From Girardia tigrina (lineage: Eukaryota), in assembly GCA_001938485.1 (NCBI GenBank), contig MQRK01234570.1, positions 1-59,396 on the forward strand: a DNA stretch of 59,396 nt, written 5' to 3'. The position numbers and the translations under genes were made by a program. Below are positions 53,658 to 59,396 of this stretch, piece after piece; position 1 is the first letter of the stretch, and each line of letters starts with the position of its first letter. The notes beneath the pieces were generated by a model that saw only the letters and a program-made list of their open reading frames with translations, searched no databases and had not been told where the DNA came from.

Positions 53658-54308
53658 TTGCATACCTGTGTTACATTTACGTACACCCCTGGCAGGTATT
53701 GCCCCAAGGATGTACGATATAAGTTTAAAGTCATTATCTTTTTCTGGTATTCTTTACATATTTTCACAATTGGCATTAAGGATACCTCGGCCGGAAAAAA
53801 ATTCGAAGAAAAGTATGGATTAAAAAACGAACAAAGGCACTTCTTAAAGGCCTTGTCGCGAAAAGTACTCCATGAGGAAATACAACAACTATACCATTCC
53901 GACATACATGACGCAAAGGCAGTTTGGCGAATTTATCTAAAGAAGGAACAGGAATGGATAGATACCATTTCATTCCGTGATAAACGAAGTCTGTTGGGAT
54001 CTTTGAAATTCGCTGGAATGGAGACTTCTAAAGAACCGGACGTAGTACAGGATAAACAGACAAACTATTCACCATCAGTAACAATAAACCCATGGATTAT
54101 GGAGAAGGACGAACTCCCGCGAGTCGATATAAAGAGTGTTCCGACCCAATCTACAAAAAAATCAACTTCACAGTGGATAGCGGAATTACCAACAGGGTCA
54201 GTACAAGGCAATAAAGTAAGTCCTATAATAATTGATTTGATGGATCCTGAAAGTACCTCAGTTGCCTCTTCATTCGCAAAAATTTTTACAGAACGAACAA
54301 CACGTTGA
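53658..54308 (+). pseudogene. Paralogous DEDDh exonuclease C-terminal half plus tail
   Basis: IKDTSAGKKFEEKYG...LKALSRKVLHEEIQQLYHSDIHDAKAVWRIY contains the Exo III H-x4-D motif; it aligns with IRDTSAGKVFQKYG of the minus-strand copy. Confidence 0.7.
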
Positions 54309-56431
54309 AGGATTTCAGGTATTCTTTGATAGGACTTTTAAGGTGCAGGATCCAAACCCTATCTCTTTCGTTCATGCCCAGGGGAAAGATGCTCACCTAA
54401 TCCTCTATATTATCCCACGATAAATAATTATCAAATCCATTATTCAATCAAAAGAATATGAAAAACGAACAGAACCTGCCGTCCGTTAAGATGAGCGAAA
54501 GTATCATTCAGTAAAAATCCATTCAGCGATCGAAAGTTTTCACGATCAGTGCAAATTCATTTGTAAAAAGACATTAAAACATTGACATGATCATATCCCT
54601 TGATATCCTTGGTTTATTTGCTTATTTAAATTGCTTATTTTTATTATTTTATTTTTATTTTATTTTTAGCAATATTTAATGGACATTATCTTTCAAGAGA
54701 TCTTTTGTATATACATTTTTGTCTTTTGTTTAAGTGAATGTAGTTATGTGGACATATCTTTTATGAATAAATAAATAAATTTGTAAATATTAAATAAATT
54801 TATAAATAATTGTGAGATTCACCGTTGTTTTTTCTTTATTTTATAATTTTAAATAAAAAATTATTATTAATTTATATTGTTAAATAAAAATAATATATTA
54901 ATATTATATTCAAATTAAATTTAAAGATTAAACCTGGAGATCATATTTCAAAAATTTTAAAAGTTTAAATGACTCATTACGAGTCAAAGGTTTAAGTCAA
55001 ATTTGTGATATATTTATAACTCGAGGTGGGTTCTCATTTGTGCTTGTGTTTTGTATTGTGTAATCTTTTCCTTCGGTCGTTACATTGTCAAAGCTCTCCG
55101 ATTATTAAACTGAGATTACACTACTAAGCTTAAATATCTCATTGTAAGCTAGCCTCATCCAATATGGACCAACAATTGCAGTTGCCTTTGGAAACCCAGA
55201 ATGTTGAGTTCTCCACCAGTATCCATTATATTAAACCAAACAAACCTCAGTCTATGTCTAACAATCTTTAAAAAATGAAATCAATTCACATAATAAAGTA
55301 CTTAAAAATTTACGAAATTTTAATAAATTAAATCATTTGGACCTCTCATTCTAAGGACATATCTTAGAACGAGTGAACCAGTTAAAATTATTTTTGTTGA
55401 GTTTCTGGAATTCCTTTTAGTCTACTCACAGACTCAATAATATTATATCAGAACTTTTTTACAATATTTGACAAATGAGTTTATTGAAAGTATCTCAATT
55501 GCACTAACATCAATTGTTAATAAAGTTTTTGATTATTTATTATAATTATAAAGATTTCATCTGATCATCTTGAATATTCCCTAATCCTTCTAATAATTAA
55601 AAAATAATCTTCCTGGATTCCAAACAGTTTTCTTATATTCAATAACAACTTTTAAAACTAAGTAAAATTTTAATTAAAACCGAAAATTTCAGTGAAAACA
55701 TTAAAAAAAATAAAATCCACATGTTTAAAATTAATTTTGATTTCCTACATCAAATAGTGTGAATTTACTATTTCTAATATATTTCATAAACATCACCGAT
55801 TATTTCCACTATAAAATTATTACTAAATAAAAAATTCCAAATTTAAATATTCGAAATATCCAAAAACGTAAAAAAAATTTCCATAAAAATATTTTTTTTC
55901 ATAAACTTTAACACTTTGAATCCACCTCAAATTTTAAAACAATAAGATCAATTCGGAGTCAATTTTTGTTTTCAAAAAATTTGAACAATCAATTACTTTA
56001 AAAAAACTTTAACAAAACTGATGTTAATAAATATATTATCAGTTATATGAAATATTTGGGTTGGCTACTAAGTGATTACCGATTTGACCAATGAAATAAA
56101 AGAGTTTTTTATACTTGGAATGTACATATATCTGTAATGTAAATTCATTTCGTTCGATCACTTTTCGTCATCTTTCTGACAACTTGATTAGTTACTCTAA
56201 ACTGGCAGTCTTTTAAGTCTATTTTCATAGTTATTGGTTGATATGGTAACCGAAAATCACATAGCAACATATTGTTACATGCACATTTTTCCAATTGTGA
56301 TTACTTCTATATTTAGCAGTTTCCTCGTTTGAAATACAAATGAAGCAAAAGAATTCAAGTTTATTGCAAAAATTCAAGTTAAATTGCTTTATTCTTTGTG
56401 AAATCATTGGATTTGGATTCCATATATTATA

Positions 56432-56560
56432 CAGTCAACCCTCGTTATAGCGTCACTCATGTCGTCTATGCGGACGGTAAGAATTCGATATAACATCATC
56501 CTCGCTTTTCGTCACATTTTTCTCAAAAACCAATGATGACGTTATAACAAGGGTTGACTG
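56432..56560. mobile_element. Tigger-type MITE
   Basis: TIR CAGTCAACCCT(C/T)GTTATA(G/A)CGTCA at both ends; left TA present. Confidence 0.7.
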
Positions 56561-57048
56561 AGTTGTCACCGATAACAACAGATTTGTATAAATTAAGGCC
56601 TTTTATTTTTAGAATAGGTAACTATTGGCAATTTTTTCTTTCCACAGTAGAGCGCATATGAATGCAGATTCGCGTTAAAGATCAAGGCTTGATGTGGATC
56701 GATTTAATACTAATTAGCATAATTTGTGAAAAGATTATATTTTTTGACTATTTAGGATACATAAAAGTAATTCATTGTTAATCCCACTACAAAAGACTTA
56801 ATAAAATGCATGTATGAGATCAAGTACAAGTTCATATTATAACATATTTCAAAAGCAAGCTCATGGGTCTTATGAATTATGGTTACTCTCTTTTTAAAAA
56901 GTGCTTTCAAATATAGTGCAGATTTCAGATGCAGCACAGACTTTTATCGAAATTGACAACTTACGACTAAAAGTGCGGAATAAAATCTTAGGTTTTGAAT
57001 AATTTTGCATCTAAGCCAATGTCTTATTCATACATTAGAGTATAATTA

Positions 57049-57976
57049 TAAACAACAAAAAATTTTCGTCAAAATATATTGTTATTAATTTCGACGGATC
57101 AACCGTCATCATGAGACTAAATAAACAATGATATACTCGCGTTTATATATCAAAGCAATGTTTATGTAATCATTATGTCATTAAAATCATGAAAATACTT
57201 TCAATAAAGTTGAAGAGGATGGTGTTTGGACATTGATTTTAGGATCAAAAGATTCTATCAACAATGCTTCACACATACTCCTCTCCCAGTAATTATCAAA
57301 TTGTGAACACCAAATCATAAAATTACTTAAATCAACTTTACTATTCAAACAGTTCTTCTTATGCTAATATTGATAATATATTATGATAATATTTGTTTTG
57401 TTTTGACTGTTCCCTACTCTGAGGGTTTCAGGAAATTCAAAAACTATTTTGAAACATGATGAAAATAATTTATTAAATTTAAAAATTGTATCTAGATCAT
57501 GTGAGATAGGAAGTTTGTTCAGTAGTAAATCTATCACTCCAACTGGGTTATGTTCCAATTTANNNNNNNNNNNNNNNNNNNNNNNNNNNNNNNNNNNNNN
57601 NNNNNNNNNNNNNNNNNNNNNNNNNNNNNNNNNNNNNNNNNNNNNNNNNNNNNNNNNNNNNNNNNNNNNNNNAAGAAGAACTGTTTGAATAGTAAAGTTG
57701 ATGTAAGTAATTTTAAGATTTTGTGTTCACAATTTGATAATTACTGGGAGAGGGTGATGTGTGAAGCATTGTTGATTAAATCTTTTGATCCCAAAATCAA
57801 TGTCCAAACACCATCCTCTTCAACTTTATTGAAAGTATTTTCATGATTTAAATGACATAATGATTGCATAAACATTGCTTTGATATATAAACGCGAGTAT
57901 ATCATTGTTTATGATGATGACGGTTGATCCGTCGAAATTAATCACAATATATTCTGACGAAAATTTTTGTTGTTTA
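57049..57976 (+). mobile_element. 5'-truncated Penelope element with inverted pLTR
   Basis: GIY-YIG C-terminus (TPTGLCSNL...CEALLIKSFDPKINVQ...FS*). 57049-57360 is the inverted copy of 57673-57976, and each arm has a degenerate hammerhead. Confidence 0.8.
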
Positions 57977-59152
57977 AAAATTCGTTGTCGTCATTTTGTA
58001 AATATTTATATAATTATAAACTTCATTATTTAGGTTTTGCCGATCTCTGACCCACTATGCACTCGTAGAATATCTGATCCTTTTTGGCCAAAAACAGAGT
58101 TAAGAGAGATGTTCTAGTGTCATCATCCTTGAAATTTTTACCACGAATGGAGTTGTCCAGGTGTCGAAATAAGTGATAATCCGATGGCGCAAGATTCATG
58201 GTTATATTCCCCACCAATATCCATCAATTGTTACCGAGTGGTGAAAGATGTAAGAGGCCTAGCATTATCCTTTTTTTAAAATGACACCTTTACGATTGAA
58301 TTTGCTTATCCTTGACCGCTGAATTCAATTTGTCCAATTGCCGACAGCAGACCTCCGAATTATTGCTTTGGTTCCTTGGAAGAAGCTCAAATTTACGACG
58401 GACCTTTCCAATCCAAACAAATAGACGGAAAAATCTTCTTTTCACTCGTTAGATATGCACCATGATCGTTTTCGATTGAGATTGTTGTGTACAATCTACT
58501 TTTCGTCTCGAGTGAGGATTCATTAAAAAAGGATGGAATTCATTGCGTTGATGATATTTGTCAGATGAATTTCTTTCAAATCATACGGAACATAAATAAT
58601 ATTCAGCTTCTTGACGAGACCGACACGTTTTAAATATTTCTTAAAGGCTGTATGTGAAACATTTAACTTCTCTGTAGTCTGCCGTATAGTTACATGACGA
58701 TCCACTTCAACTATAGTTTTCATTTCTTCCTCATTAAACTCAACTGGTCGACCTGAACGTTAGTTATCTCTAAGAGAAAAATCTTTACATCGGAATTTAT
58801 TAAATCTATTTCGGCATTGACTTTCTTTAAGGGCTTCTTTACCATACACATCACGCAAATGTTTAGCGGTTTACACTGCGCTCTTTGCTTTACGGAAATA
58901 ATAAACAAAAATATGGCGAAAATCTTCTTTTTTGCACTCGATATTGATTATTGAAATCATTAAAAAACTTTAACAAAAAATACACATTGAATTTGTAAAG
59001 CTAGATTAGGATGACAGCTAACACATATAAGAAGTTCATAACATTTACGGATGTCATAGAAATGGGAGAGAGAGACATCGACAGCTGAAAGCGGCAATTA
59101 CTTAGTTGCGGACCCAATAAATAATCTATAAAAATAAATCAATAATATTCCA

Positions 59153-59282
59153 ACTGGCGATGGTATCATTGGTAGACTGCGCTCGCTGTCTCCTTCTATC
59201 TAGATCGAGCAATTTCGGTGTGACTCCCGATGCCAGGGCGGTTATCTGACGCACCTTATACGACAAGGGTAGCATCGCCAGT
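59153..59282 (+). other. Structured GC-rich element, possibly a Pol III SINE head
   Basis: Terminal stem 59153-59167/59268-59282; A-box-like TGGTATCATTGG; B-box-like GGTGTGACTCC. Confidence 0.35.
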
Positions 59283-59396
59283 CGAAGGATCACCGCGCCT
59301 GAATGTGGAAGTGAAAACTCAGTTAATTATCATTAATGTTCAGTGAAAATCCAAAACTTCTTGTCCAATACTTTCATTAAATATTGTACAGTGCGT

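Larger units (their letters stand above)
56056..59117 (-). mobile_element. Decayed mariner with nested insertions
   Basis: Imperfect TIRs TTGGGT..GC.ACTAAGT.ATT.CCG.TTT at both ends. Transposase 5' part at about 58940-58030 (RSGRPV, LAPSDYHLFR); C-terminus KLSER*RKVIERN near 56150. Confidence 0.7.

Overview
Very AT-rich eukaryotic genomic DNA from a draft scaffold with N gaps. It is probably from an invertebrate animal with motile cilia; the species cannot be identified from the sequence. Left half (1452-30221, +): a complete 16-exon gene for the MORN-repeat radial spoke protein RSPH10B. I rebuilt it by hand from GT-AG junctions, giving a 2649-nt CDS (882 aa) with a candidate RFX X-box upstream. 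Its introns are either 44-51 nt or kb-sized. The large ones hold decayed DNA transposons (Tigger, mariner with a nested Tc1, piggyBac-type MITE, Chapaev-like), Penelope remnants with minimal hammerhead ribozymes, and orphan host-gene fragments (RPB10, H2B, PIGG-like last exon, LSm/EDC3-like). Right half: a TE cluster with several nested Ty3/Gypsy elements (one young and leaderless, with 99% identical LTRs), a hAT MITE, mariner and Penelope pieces. Most notable is a CsRn1-type Gypsy element (46138-~51460) whose Gag is preceded in frame by a ubiquitin-like domain ending LPGG directly before the Gag Met, resembling a deubiquitinase-processed UBL-Gag precursor. Next to it are intronless, decayed REX4/ISG20-like DEDDh exonuclease ORFs with an unrecognised N-terminal domain. 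All family assignments come from motif recognition, not database searches.
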